Below the pieces are notes generated by a model, which was given only the letters and a program-made list of their open reading frames with translations, had not been told where the DNA came from and did no database searches. From NCBI GenBank assembly GCA_963812135.1, contig CAWETU010000001.1, positions 64,001 to 128,000 of the forward strand: a stretch of 64,000 nucleotides of DNA, written 5' to 3'. Source of the stretch: Vulcanimicrobiota bacterium (GTDB lineage Bacteria; Vulcanimicrobiota; Vulcanimicrobiia; Eremiobacterales; Eremiobacteraceae). Below, in pieces: positions 40,656-50,534 of this stretch (its first letter is position 1; each line of letters begins with the position of its first letter). A program made the translations under genes and the position numbers.

Positions 40656-42178
40656 ATGCGCATGCGTCATTTTGGTACATGTCTCGCGCTCTTCGTGTTA
40701 CTAGGCTCACGCCGCGACGGCGCGCGCGGACGCCCCGATCACACCCCTCGATATTTTCGCCAAACATGCGGCAGCCGTCGGTTATTCGCTTGCCGATGGT
40801 CGCGCGAAGCCCTACGAGTTCGAGGGATCGACGACCGACGGCGACACCGGCAAGACCACCAAAGTGCGCTACGAGCAAGCTGGAGCTTACTTCCGGCACG
40901 AGCGATCGCATAACGGCAGAACCACCGGCTACGGATTCGACGGCCACGGCTTTTGGAATCAGAACGAGAACGGCAATCTCACGTACGACATCGGATATGG
41001 CCGCCAATACGACATCGCCTGGGCGGTCATCGGCGCCGAGGCGTTCGGACCGGAGCTCTCGCCCGAACTTCTCGACCAATCGGGTGACGACTATATCGTG
41101 CGGATCCATCCATCAGCCGCCGTCCCCGCCGACGTGTACTTCAATAAGAAGACGTTTCTGATCGACCGCGCGATCGTCAGCCCAACGCTTGAGTCCCAGC
41201 TGCGTGATTACCACAACTACGAGCGGCATGGAGCTGTCGATGGTGGCGATGGTGTGGTCGTCGGGCAACTCGACCACGAGGATCTCGAAATTCCAATGGG
41301 ATGCGCCGTTGCCGGCGAGCGATTTCGATATGCCCTCGCAGCGTTCGTATACGACGTTCCCGCCTGTGCCGAGCGTCGTGCCGTTCGACGACAAGCACGA
41401 TTCGATCGTCTTCGAAGCGGCCGTGAACGGTGTAAAGGGGCATTTCATGCTCGACACCGGCGCCGACGGTTTGTACTTCACGCCTGATTTCGCGGCCAAA
41501 GCGCATTTGACGTCTCTGGATGCGAGCTCCGCGATAGGCGCCGGATCCCAGTTCGGCATCTCCGCAACGCGCGTGGCGCATTTCACGGTCGGTGGTGTTG
41601 ACCTTGAGGACTTTTACGCGTCGATTGGGTCAAAGGGCGAGGTCGACGGCTATGTCGGTTATGATTTCCTCGCCCAAGTCGTATGCGACGTCGACTTCGA
41701 CAAGAAGCAGCTGACGATCACCAACCCCGCTGCCTATGCCGGAGATCCAAAACGCGGGGCGCTCGTGTTCGCGCTCGACGATCTCACGCCGCAGATCCAA
41801 GCGCTTGTGAACCAGAAGCAGAAAGTCTACATGAATCTCGACACCGGAGATGGCTCGTCGATGACCTTCGTGCGCACGTTCGTCGACGCGAATCCGGGTA
41901 TCGTCGCGCGCGGCGCTGAGGTGCGCTTCTCCGACGCGGGCGGCGGCACGCAGAGCGGCTATATCGGCACGCTCGACGAGATCGACATCGGACCGTACAA
42001 GTTTTTCGGTCTCGAGGCGGACGTGCTCGGCGGCTTCAAGGGCTTGGCGTCTGAGCGCACCATGCAAGGCCTGATCGGCTACCAGATGTTGCGGCGCTTC
42101 AACCTGACGTTCGACTACCGCGACAACAAAGTATACCTTGACCTGAGCAAGTACGGCAGCGAAACCAAGTTCAAGTAG
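40656..42178 (+). CDS. Secreted retropepsin-like aspartyl protease with two protease domains (apparent +1 indels near 40704 and 41239)
   Basis: Two 'LDTG' motifs, each followed by a 'G.(V/I)G' flap-like segment ('DGYVGYDFL', 'QGLIGYQML'); signal peptide and N-terminal domain lie in the preceding frames. Confidence 0.75.
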
Positions 42179-42205
42179 AGTCTCGAGAGCTCGACTGGAA
42201 AGCAA

Positions 42206-42275
42206 ACCGCGCAGATGCGTTGCAGCTGCGCGGTCTCAGATGGTACCCCTAAGGGAAATGGAATCCCTGTCGCCG
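42206..42275 (-). repeat. Distal copy of tRNA-Glu 3' half + CCA + hairpin (degenerate)
   Basis: 62/70 identical to 43100-43169; the tRNA-derived part has 3 mismatches to tRNA-Glu; 9-bp stem ACCGCGCAG/CTGCGCGGT. Confidence 0.9.
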
Positions 42276-42298
42276 ACGAAACCGGCGGCCTGGAATTC

Positions 42299-43072
42299 CT
42301 ATGGTCCGATGGCGAGCCCCGGGATGCCCGGAGCGCCGGCCAATGGGACCGTGACTGACGGCGTGCTCGACGCGCTGAACGGGGGGACGAAGACGTACAA
42401 GTTGCCGTTGACGGTCACGTAGAGATTGCCGCTGGCGTCGAATTTCAGATACGAGGGGCCGCCAGCAGCAGTGGGAATCGTGAACGCCGGCGTAGTCGCC
42501 GCGCTGAAGGGCGGGTTGTAGACGCTGACGCCGAGGTTTGCAGTCGCGAAAATGCTCCCGCTTGAGCTGATTGCGATGCCATCTGGATGCCTCTTGATCC
42601 ACTCGCGCGCCAAGACGGTAAGATATTCGAAATTCTCCCAGACTGCCTGCCGGCGCGCGATCCGGCGGCGCCGATTGATGAAAGGCGCAAGCCGTTCCCA
42701 GTTGATTGTGATGACAAGCGACCACATGTCTAAGGCGATAGCCTTATCGATAAAGTCATATTTCACAAGCGTGCCGACGTTCTCGAAAAAATTGCATACG
42801 GTGCTGATCGCTTGAAGATCGCGGTCCAGCGGATATTGATCGAGACGCTCGTGCTGTTTCGGATCGGCAAGGACCTTCGGGAGTTCGGTACCCACGAATT
42901 GGATCGCTGCCTGGTAGTGCTCTGATTCGATGGTTTCGCGTAACTCGTTGAGGGCCGCGATCTGGTTGCTGCTGCGCATGTGACGCAGCTGGACAATCGC
43001 AGCGATCGCAGTCGCCGCAATCACGATGAACGTGCCGACGGAACCGATCGTGTTCCAAAGTTCGAGCGACAT
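42299..43072 (-). CDS. DUF4760-like membrane-anchored protein fused to a beta-propeller repeat fragment
   Basis: N-terminal TM, 'CNFFENVG.LVK...ID', 'WENFEYL'; after 'HPDG' the composition switches to '(V)Y.PPFSA..TP' / 'FDASGNLYV' repeats. Confidence 0.6.
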   Translation of the reverse strand: MSLELWNTIGSVGTFIVIAATAIAAIVQLRHMRSSNQIAALNELRETIESEHYQAAIQFVGTELPKVLADPKQHERLDQYPLDRDLQAISTVCNFFENVGTLVKYDFIDKAIALDMWSLVITINWERLAPFINRRRRIARRQAVWENFEYLTVLAREWIKRHPDGIAISSSGSIFATANLGVSVYNPPFSAATTPAFTIPTAAGGPSYLKFDASGNLYVTVNGNLYVFVPPFSASSTPSVTVPLAGAPGIPGLAIGP

Positions 43073-43089
43073 CGTAAGCGATCCGTCTG

Positions 43090-43174
43090 AAAAAGAGAGA
43101 CCGCGCACATGCCTTGCAGCGTCGCGGCCTCAGATGGTACCCCCAAGGGAATTCGAATCCCTGTCGCCGCCTTG
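43090..43174 (-). repeat. Proximal copy of tRNA-Glu 3' half + CCA + terminator-like hairpin
   Basis: 43138-43174 is identical (37 bp) to 43705-43741 of tRNA-Glu; followed on the minus strand by CCA, a GC stem and a U-rich tract. Confidence 0.93.
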
Positions 43175-43196
43175 TTTTAGTGGATGCCGAATACTC

Positions 43197-43625
43197 TTAC
43201 TTCGGCGACCACTCGAATAGCGGGAAGGTTCCCTGCGGGCTGCTCTTCGGCGCTATACAGTGGCCTTGATACGCATAACCGTTCCAGTCCTCGAAGGCTT
43301 GGCACTTCCAGCCGGCTGGTCCGCCGTGAACCGGTTTCGTGTCGAGCCCTTGGCCCGCGGCGATCTTTTGCAGTACGAATTTCTTCACGAAGGTCACCGC
43401 TTGCGCGCACGTCACCGTGCCTTTTCCGCTCGTCGTGACCTTGTACTGGGTTCCAGAATTGTGCGGTGGGTATGAATTCACCCATTGGCGCGACGTGAAA
43501 TCCGGGCAGTACTTCAAATTCAGCTCATCGGCGCGAACCGGGGACCGCTCAATCGAAACCGCACCAAGAAACGCAGCGAGAATGACAAATGCAACTGTAA
43601 CACAAGCGGTTTTCACTGTTAGCAC
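43197..43625 (-). CDS. Small secreted hypothetical protein (4 Cys in the mature part)
   Basis: Hydrophobic leader ending 'VRA|D'; the only substantial ORF between tRNA-Glu and its first 3' repeat; more AT-rich than the flanks. Confidence 0.65.
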   Translation of the reverse strand: MLTVKTACVTVAFVILAAFLGAVSIERSPVRADELNLKYCPDFTSRQWVNSYPPHNSGTQYKVTTSGKGTVTCAQAVTFVKKFVLQKIAAGQGLDTKPVHGGPAGWKCQAFEDWNGYAYQGHCIAPKSSPQGTFPLFEWSPK

Positions 43626-43704
43626 TCCTAATCGATGTGTTCGTGGAAAAATGGTGCGGCCGAAGCGTCTAAGAAAACGCTCCGACCCTTGTGTTGCAAA
43701 AATT

Positions 43705-43777
43705 TACCCCCAAGGGAATTCGAATCCCTGTCGCCGCCTTGAAAGGGCGGTGTCCTAGGCCTCTAGACGATGGGGGC
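43705..43777 (-). tRNA. tRNA-Glu(TTC)
   Basis: GCCCCCATCGTCTAGAGGCCTAGGACACCGCCCT-TTC-AAGGCGGCGACAGGGATTCGAATTCCCTTGGGGGTA; CCA not encoded. Confidence 0.96.
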
Positions 43778-43799
43778 GCGATGCATCTTCGTGGTCGTG

Positions 43800-43872
43800 T
43801 GGGCCCGGCAGGACTTGAACCTGCGACCAACCGGTTATGAGCCGGCCGCTCTAACCACTGAGCTACAGGCCC
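43800..43872 (-). tRNA. tRNA with CAT anticodon, most likely tRNA-Ile2
   Basis: GGGCCTGTAGCTCAGTGGTTAGAGCGGCCGGCT-CAT-AACCGGTTGGTCGCAGGTTCAAGTCCTGCCGGGCCCA; paired G1-C72, body resembles Ile2 tRNAs. Confidence 0.9.
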
Positions 43873-43894
43873 AGGCCGCCCGACGCACCCCCAT

Positions 43895-45668
<1,774 letters not shown>

Positions 45669-45761
45669 ATCTGCAGCTCCTTAAAGGGCCGGAATCACAC
45701 TATGCGCGCGTTTGCCTTGCCCGGGGGTTTGTCCTCGGCGCGCTGCGAACGGTGCAGCCGC

Positions 45762-46569
45762 ATGGCGAGCGAAGCCGACGCATTGGTGCCCCAGATCGAC
45801 GCGACCGCATTGGCGAACGCGATCGCTGGATTTTCGCATTTCCGCGCTATCCGTCACCTCGATACGGTCGAATCGACCAATGCGCTGGCGTTTTCCATGC
45901 TTGATGACGAATCATCGCTCGGCTCGTCGATCGTCGCCGAGGTGCAGACCGCGGGCCGGGGACGCGCGGGCCGCGCTTGGGAGTCGCCGCGCGGCGCGGG
46001 TCTGCTGATTTCGACGATCATGCCGATCGATCTGCCCCACCAAGTGCTGCCTGCTCTCGGCTATTGGACGAGTCTGTGCGCTGCCGATGCAGTGATCGAG
46101 GCGTGCGGCGTCTGGCCGACGCTCAAGTGGCCGAACGATCTCATGCTCGGCGCAGTCAAAGTCGCCGGTGTGCTGGTCGAAGGCAGGACGTTGGGTGCGT
46201 TCACGCGCGCGGTCGCGGGCATCGGCATCAACGCGAACAGGCCGGCGCAAGGGCAACCAGAGCTCGATGGCGTTGCGGCGTGGCTGTCGGACGCCGCCGG
46301 TGGTCCGGTCGACCGTACGGCGCTCGCGATCGCCGTGCTCAGCGCCTACGATCGGCGCTACGACGATTTGATCGGCCGGCCGGTCGACGTGATCCGCGAG
46401 TGGTCGCGCCGGTCCGCGATCTCCGGCCGCACGCTGCGCGTGCATTCGGCGAAGGGCGATCTTACAGCACGAAGGTGTTGCGCGCGGGCTGTCTGATGAT
46501 GGCGCGTTGCTCCTGGAAACGAAAGACGGACCAGTGACGGTCCGTCTTGGAGACGTGGCAGCGCTCTAG
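45762..46569 (+). CDS. birA: Biotin--[acetyl-CoA carboxylase] ligase without HTH (apparent +1 indel near 46461)
   Basis: 'STN', 'QTAGRGR.GR.W.SP', 'LKWPNDL', 'KVAGVL.E'; the C-terminal 'GVARGLSDDGALLL...GDV' is in the next frame. Confidence 0.9.
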
Positions 46570-46591
46570 ACGCCGAGCGAGGTCGCGCCTA

Positions 46592-47521
46592 TCAGAAGAC
46601 CGTCACGGCCTCTGATGTCGTCGGCACCGTCAGCGTCGTCGCAGGCGCGACGTTGCCGGTCGCGCCGGCCGTGAACTTCACGACGTCCCCGTTGGCGCCG
46701 TAGATGTTCCCCCCCGCGTCCGCGGCGGCGCCGCGCGTGGCGACGCTGAGCGTCGTGGCCGCGCCGGTGATAAGCTGCGATGGGACCGCGGCTCCGGTCG
46801 CGCCGACCGGGAAGACGAAGATCGCGCCCGCTCCTTGGCCGCCGGTGTAGATGTTGCCGTTGGCCACCTGCAACCCATAGGCTTCCGTGACGCCGGTGAT
46901 GCTGTTGTCCGGCGCGACATTACCGGTGTGGGCGGGATTCCATTCAAGGATCGCCATGTCGCCCTGGTCGCCCACGTACACCTTGCCCGATGAGTCCACC
47001 GCGACGCCGCCTGGGAACGACAAGGTCGTCAACCCGCCGGTGATCGAGGCGCTCGGCGCGACGTTGCCCGACTGCGCCGCCGTGAAGATCCAGATCGCCG
47101 GGGCGTTCGTGTCGGACACATAGATGTTGCCCGATCCGTCGACGGCGATGCCGCGGACGTCGAGGAATTTGGTGGCCGCGCCGCCGATCGTCTTGATCGG
47201 CGCGACGTTGCCGTTAGCATTCGCCGCAAATTCGAGGACGTCGTTGCCCGCCTCGTTGGCGACGTAGATGTTGCCCGCGCTGTCCACCGCAATGCCGAAC
47301 GGGCTGGCCAACGTCGTGAGCGCACCCTGGATCGTACGCGTGGGCGCGGCGGCCCCTGTCGCGGATAGCGGGAAGACGTAGATCGCTTGCGCGACAGCGT
47401 CGGTGACGTAGAGCTGTTGCGTGTGCGCTGGCGGCGCAGGCGTTGAACTCGAACTACAACCGGCGAGCAGCGGTAACGCGACGATCGCCAGCGTGAGAAA
47501 TACTTTACGGACCTGAACCAT
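46592..47521 (-). CDS. NHL-like beta-propeller lipoprotein A
   Basis: Lipobox 'LAGC'; repeats 'GIAVD..GNIYV' and 'GNVAP...I.G..T.L'; GAAGGAG RBS. Confidence 0.85.
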   Translation of the reverse strand: MVQVRKVFLTLAIVALPLLAGCSSSSTPAPPAHTQQLYVTDAVAQAIYVFPLSATGAAAPTRTIQGALTTLASPFGIAVDSAGNIYVANEAGNDVLEFAANANGNVAPIKTIGGAATKFLDVRGIAVDGSGNIYVSDTNAPAIWIFTAAQSGNVAPSASITGGLTTLSFPGGVAVDSSGKVYVGDQGDMAILEWNPAHTGNVAPDNSITGVTEAYGLQVANGNIYTGGQGAGAIFVFPVGATGAAVPSQLITGAATTLSVATRGAAADAGGNIYGANGDVVKFTAGATGNVAPATTLTVPTTSEAVTVF

Positions 47522-47613
47522 CGTCATCTCCTTCAGTGTCATTGGAGCCTAGCTGAGCAAAAGCTCCAAGAAGCCCTGCACGTGATGCGTTAGAGGTCGC
47601 TCGGAAACGTATG

Positions 47614-47796
47614 TTAGAGTTGCGTCGCGAGCGCCTGCTTCGCGTGATAAGAAGAGCGGACAACCGGGCCCGATACGACCTGATGATATCCCATCGGCTT
47701 GATGGTTTGCGCGGGCCAGCGGAACGTATCCGGCGTGAGATAGGTCACGACGCCAAGGTGACGCTTGGTCGGCTGCAAGTATTGTCCTACAGTTAA
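47614..47796 (-). pseudogene. lipA: Duplicated 3'-terminal fragment of lipA (60 codons + stop)
   Basis: Translates to LTVGQYLQPTKRHLGVVTYLTPDTFRWPAQTIKPMGYHQVVSGPVVRSSYHAKQALATQL*, 47/60 identical to the LipA C-terminus at 48994-49176; no start codon. Confidence 0.93.
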
Positions 47797-47827
47797 GAAG
47801 AGGCGGACGCCACGAGCGTCCGCCTCT
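47792..47827 (-). terminator. Intrinsic terminator downstream of lipoprotein B
   Basis: 12-bp perfect stem AGAGGCGGACGC/GCGTCCGCCTCT with a 5-nt loop, followed by TCTTAA on the minus strand. Confidence 0.7.
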
Positions 47828-47850
47828 CATCTGTAGATCGAGTCGGTTGG

Positions 47851-48912
47851 TTAGTGTATCGCGACGCCTGAAACGCAATCGTTCGTGGTGATCGAAGCGT
47901 CGCTATAGAGAACTGGCGCGAGTGTTGCGCTCCACGCGCTGGTCGCCGTCGGGTAGACGTAGAGTTCCGCAGTTACGCCGCAGTCGGCGTCGTAGAGGTT
48001 GCCGGCTGCATCGAACGCGAGCTGGTATGAAAAGGCCCCCGCGACCAAGCCGGTGCTGTTCACGATCGTTGGCATCCCGTTATTGACCTGGTTCGCGATG
48101 GGCCAGAAGCCGATCCCGGTTGGCTCGGCAGGTAGAGGATGGATGCCCGATGCTTGCTGCACCGGCCTGTTGTGCTTGTGGCCGCCTGGCGGGTCACTGC
48201 CTGCATAGAGGTTGCCTGTGTGGTCAAACGCGACCGAGTCCGCGAAGCCGAGGCCGTCTAGGAAGTTGGTGACCACCGTGGAGTTGACGAAGCCGCCGAC
48301 CGGTAAGACATACTCCCCGATGCTGAGCGTGGCTAGACTAAGAGCGACCCACAGATTGCCACTACTGTCGAATGCGATACCATTGGGAAAGTTAGGCGAC
48401 ACCATCGTGACGGCCGCCACGAGCGTCGCCGTTGTCGTGCACGGGCAGGCGAACTTGTAGATTTTGTCATTGGGGGTATCGCTGATCCACATGTTGCCCG
48501 CTGAGTCGAAGGCGATGCCGAACGCGCCCGTGATGGCCGCAGGCAAGGTCAAAATGGCGATGGGATTGCTCGTCGCCGTCAGCGGGGGGGTGAATACCAT
48601 AACCGTGTTCGGCGTGCTCTCGTTTACGACGAACAGGTTTCCCCCCTGGAAGGCAACGTTCTCGCTGAAGACCAGGCCGTTGCCAGCAGTGGCATCAATC
48701 GCGGTCATCAGCGTCGACGTAGCCGTGATCGGATAAGCCACGATGCCTAATTGAGGACTGCCCAGCGCTCCAGTAGAGCCGTCGCCGGCTGAGTAGTATA
48801 CGAAGCTGTTCGCCGGCGGTGGCGGCGGTGCTGTTGACGTTGAACTACAGCCGGTCAGTAGCGGCAGTGCCGATAGTGCCAGCCCTAAAAAGATTCTACG
48901 GACCTGTATCAT
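47851..48912 (-). CDS. Beta-propeller lipoprotein B
   Basis: Lipobox 'LTGC'; repeats 'GIAFDS.GN(L/M)W' and 'AFD..GNLY'; signal peptide homologous to lipoprotein A. Confidence 0.85.
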   Translation of the reverse strand: MIQVRRIFLGLALSALPLLTGCSSTSTAPPPPPANSFVYYSAGDGSTGALGSPQLGIVAYPITATSTLMTAIDATAGNGLVFSENVAFQGGNLFVVNESTPNTVMVFTPPLTATSNPIAILTLPAAITGAFGIAFDSAGNMWISDTPNDKIYKFACPCTTTATLVAAVTMVSPNFPNGIAFDSSGNLWVALSLATLSIGEYVLPVGGFVNSTVVTNFLDGLGFADSVAFDHTGNLYAGSDPPGGHKHNRPVQQASGIHPLPAEPTGIGFWPIANQVNNGMPTIVNSTGLVAGAFSYQLAFDAAGNLYDADCGVTAELYVYPTATSAWSATLAPVLYSDASITTNDCVSGVAIH

Positions 48913-48993
48913 TAGGTCTCCTCCAAGTGTCGTTGGGATGCGTGACGAGCAGGAGCGCCTCAGGAAGCCCTGTTCGAGATAGGCCGACGTATG

Positions 48994-49854
48994 CTAGAGC
49001 TGTGTAGTGAATGCCTGTTCGGCGTGGTATGACGAGCGGACGAGCGGGCCCGATACCACCTGATGATAACCCATTGGCTTGATAGCTTGCGCGAACCAGC
49101 GGAACTTGTCGGGGGCGACGAATTCCACCACTTGGAGATGCCGCTTGGTCGGCTGCAGGTATTGCCCTAACGTCAAGATGTCGACGCCCACAGCGCGCAG
49201 ATCGCGCGCCGCTTGCAGCACGTCTTCGTCGGTCTCACCGAGCCCCAGCATGATGCCCGATTTCGTGAACTTGTCGGGGCGCATGCGTTTCGCGTTTGCG
49301 AGCACGCCGAGCGATTGGTCGTAGCCGCAGCGGCGATCGCGCACGTGCGGCGTTAGCGAGCGCGTGGTCTCGATGTTGTGCGCGAACACATCGGGCTCGG
49401 CGTCGATCACCTTCTTGAGCGCGTCCACGTCGCCGCGATAGTCCGAGGTGAGCACTTCGACTTTGACGTGCGGGGTCCGACGCCGGATTGCGCGGATCGC
49501 ATCGGCCATCTGCTGCGCGCCGCCGTCGGGCAGGTCGTCGCGGTCGACGCAGGTGATCACCGCGTAGCTCAGCCCGAGATCTTCGATCGATTGTGCGAGC
49601 TTGAACGCCTCGAGCGGATCCAGTTCATACGGTTTGCCGGTCTTGACGTTGCAGAATCGGCAACCGCGAGTGCACGTATCGCCGAGGATCATGAACGTGG
49701 CGGTGCCGACGCCCCAGCACTCGGCGATGTTGGGGCACATCGCTTCCTGGCAGACCGTGTGCAGCCCGCGGTCCTTGACGATGCCATGCAGCTTGACGTA
49801 GTTGTCGCCGGCCGGCAATTTGACTTTGAGCCACTCGGGCTTGCGTGCGATCAT
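48994..49854 (-). CDS. lipA: Lipoyl synthase
   Basis: 'TVCQEAMCPNIAECW', 'CTRGCRFC', 'LVRSSYHA'. Confidence 0.97.
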   Translation of the reverse strand: MIARKPEWLKVKLPAGDNYVKLHGIVKDRGLHTVCQEAMCPNIAECWGVGTATFMILGDTCTRGCRFCNVKTGKPYELDPLEAFKLAQSIEDLGLSYAVITCVDRDDLPDGGAQQMADAIRAIRRRTPHVKVEVLTSDYRGDVDALKKVIDAEPDVFAHNIETTRSLTPHVRDRRCGYDQSLGVLANAKRMRPDKFTKSGIMLGLGETDEDVLQAARDLRAVGVDILTLGQYLQPTKRHLQVVEFVAPDKFRWFAQAIKPMGYHQVVSGPLVRSSYHAEQAFTTQL

Positions 49855-50534
49855 GCCGAGCTTCGCTCGGCGTCGACACCCGAGCTGCGCTCGGGTACTA
49901 CATCTAATTCAAAAATTGCGATCATTGCGGCCAGCAGCGGAGACTTCGCCTCTGCAACGCTGACCTCCCGGCCGAGCTCGCGCGCGATCGAGGTGACGGC
50001 GACGCCCGGCATGCCGCACGGATTGATCAACTGAAAATACGAGAGGTCGGTGCACACGTCCAGCGCGAGGCCGTGATAGGTCACGCCGGCGCGTACTGCC
50101 GCGCCGATCGACGCGATCTTCGCGCCGTGGACGAAGGCGCCCGCATGATCGGGGCGCTGCTCCCCCGTGATGCCGAACTGCGCGAGCGCCTGGTTGATGC
50201 TGCGCTCCATCTTGCGGACGAAATTTTGGACTTCGCGCAATCGGGGCAGCTTGAAGATCGGATACGCCACGAGTTGGCCGGGGCCGTGATACGTGAGATC
50301 GCCGCCGCGCTCGATCGCATAGTACTCCACACCGCGCCGGCGCAACTCATCGACTGAGACAAGTAGATTCTGGCCTTTGCCGGACTTCCCCATCGTGAGC
50401 ACCGGATCGTGCTCGCAGAACAGCAGCGTGTCGGGCCGTGCGTCGGCGACTCGTTCGGCGTGCATGCGCAGCTGAAGATCCCATGCGGCTTTGTAACCGA
50501 TGCGGCCGAGATCTTCGAAGACTGCGTTCGTCAC
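49851..50534 (-). CDS. lipB: Lipoyl(octanoyl) transferase
   Basis: 'EHDPV.TMG', 'RGGDLTYHGPGQLV.YPI', 'KIASIG', 'INPCG'. Confidence 0.95.
   Translation of the reverse strand: MTNAVFEDLGRIGYKAAWDLQLRMHAERVADARPDTLLFCEHDPVLTMGKSGKGQNLLVSVDELRRRGVEYYAIERGGDLTYHGPGQLVAYPIFKLPRLREVQNFVRKMERSINQALAQFGITGEQRPDHAGAFVHGAKIASIGAAVRAGVTYHGLALDVCTDLSYFQLINPCGMPGVAVTSIARELGREVSVAEAKSPLLAAMIAIFELDVVPERSSGVDAERSSA

Noticed and set aside
42206..43777. CRISPR array or extra functional tRNA genes
   Set aside because: The repeats are tRNA 3' halves lacking the D-arm and 5' acceptor strand, separated by gene-sized spacers; there are no cas genes.
43800..43872. Initiator tRNA-fMet assignment for the CAT tRNA
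   Set aside because: It has a paired 1-72 position and lacks the three consecutive G-C pairs in the anticodon stem; the body resembles Ile2.
47549..47878. 109-aa minus-strand ORF between the two lipoproteins
   Set aside because: It is an off-frame reading of the lipA 3' fragment and the terminator.
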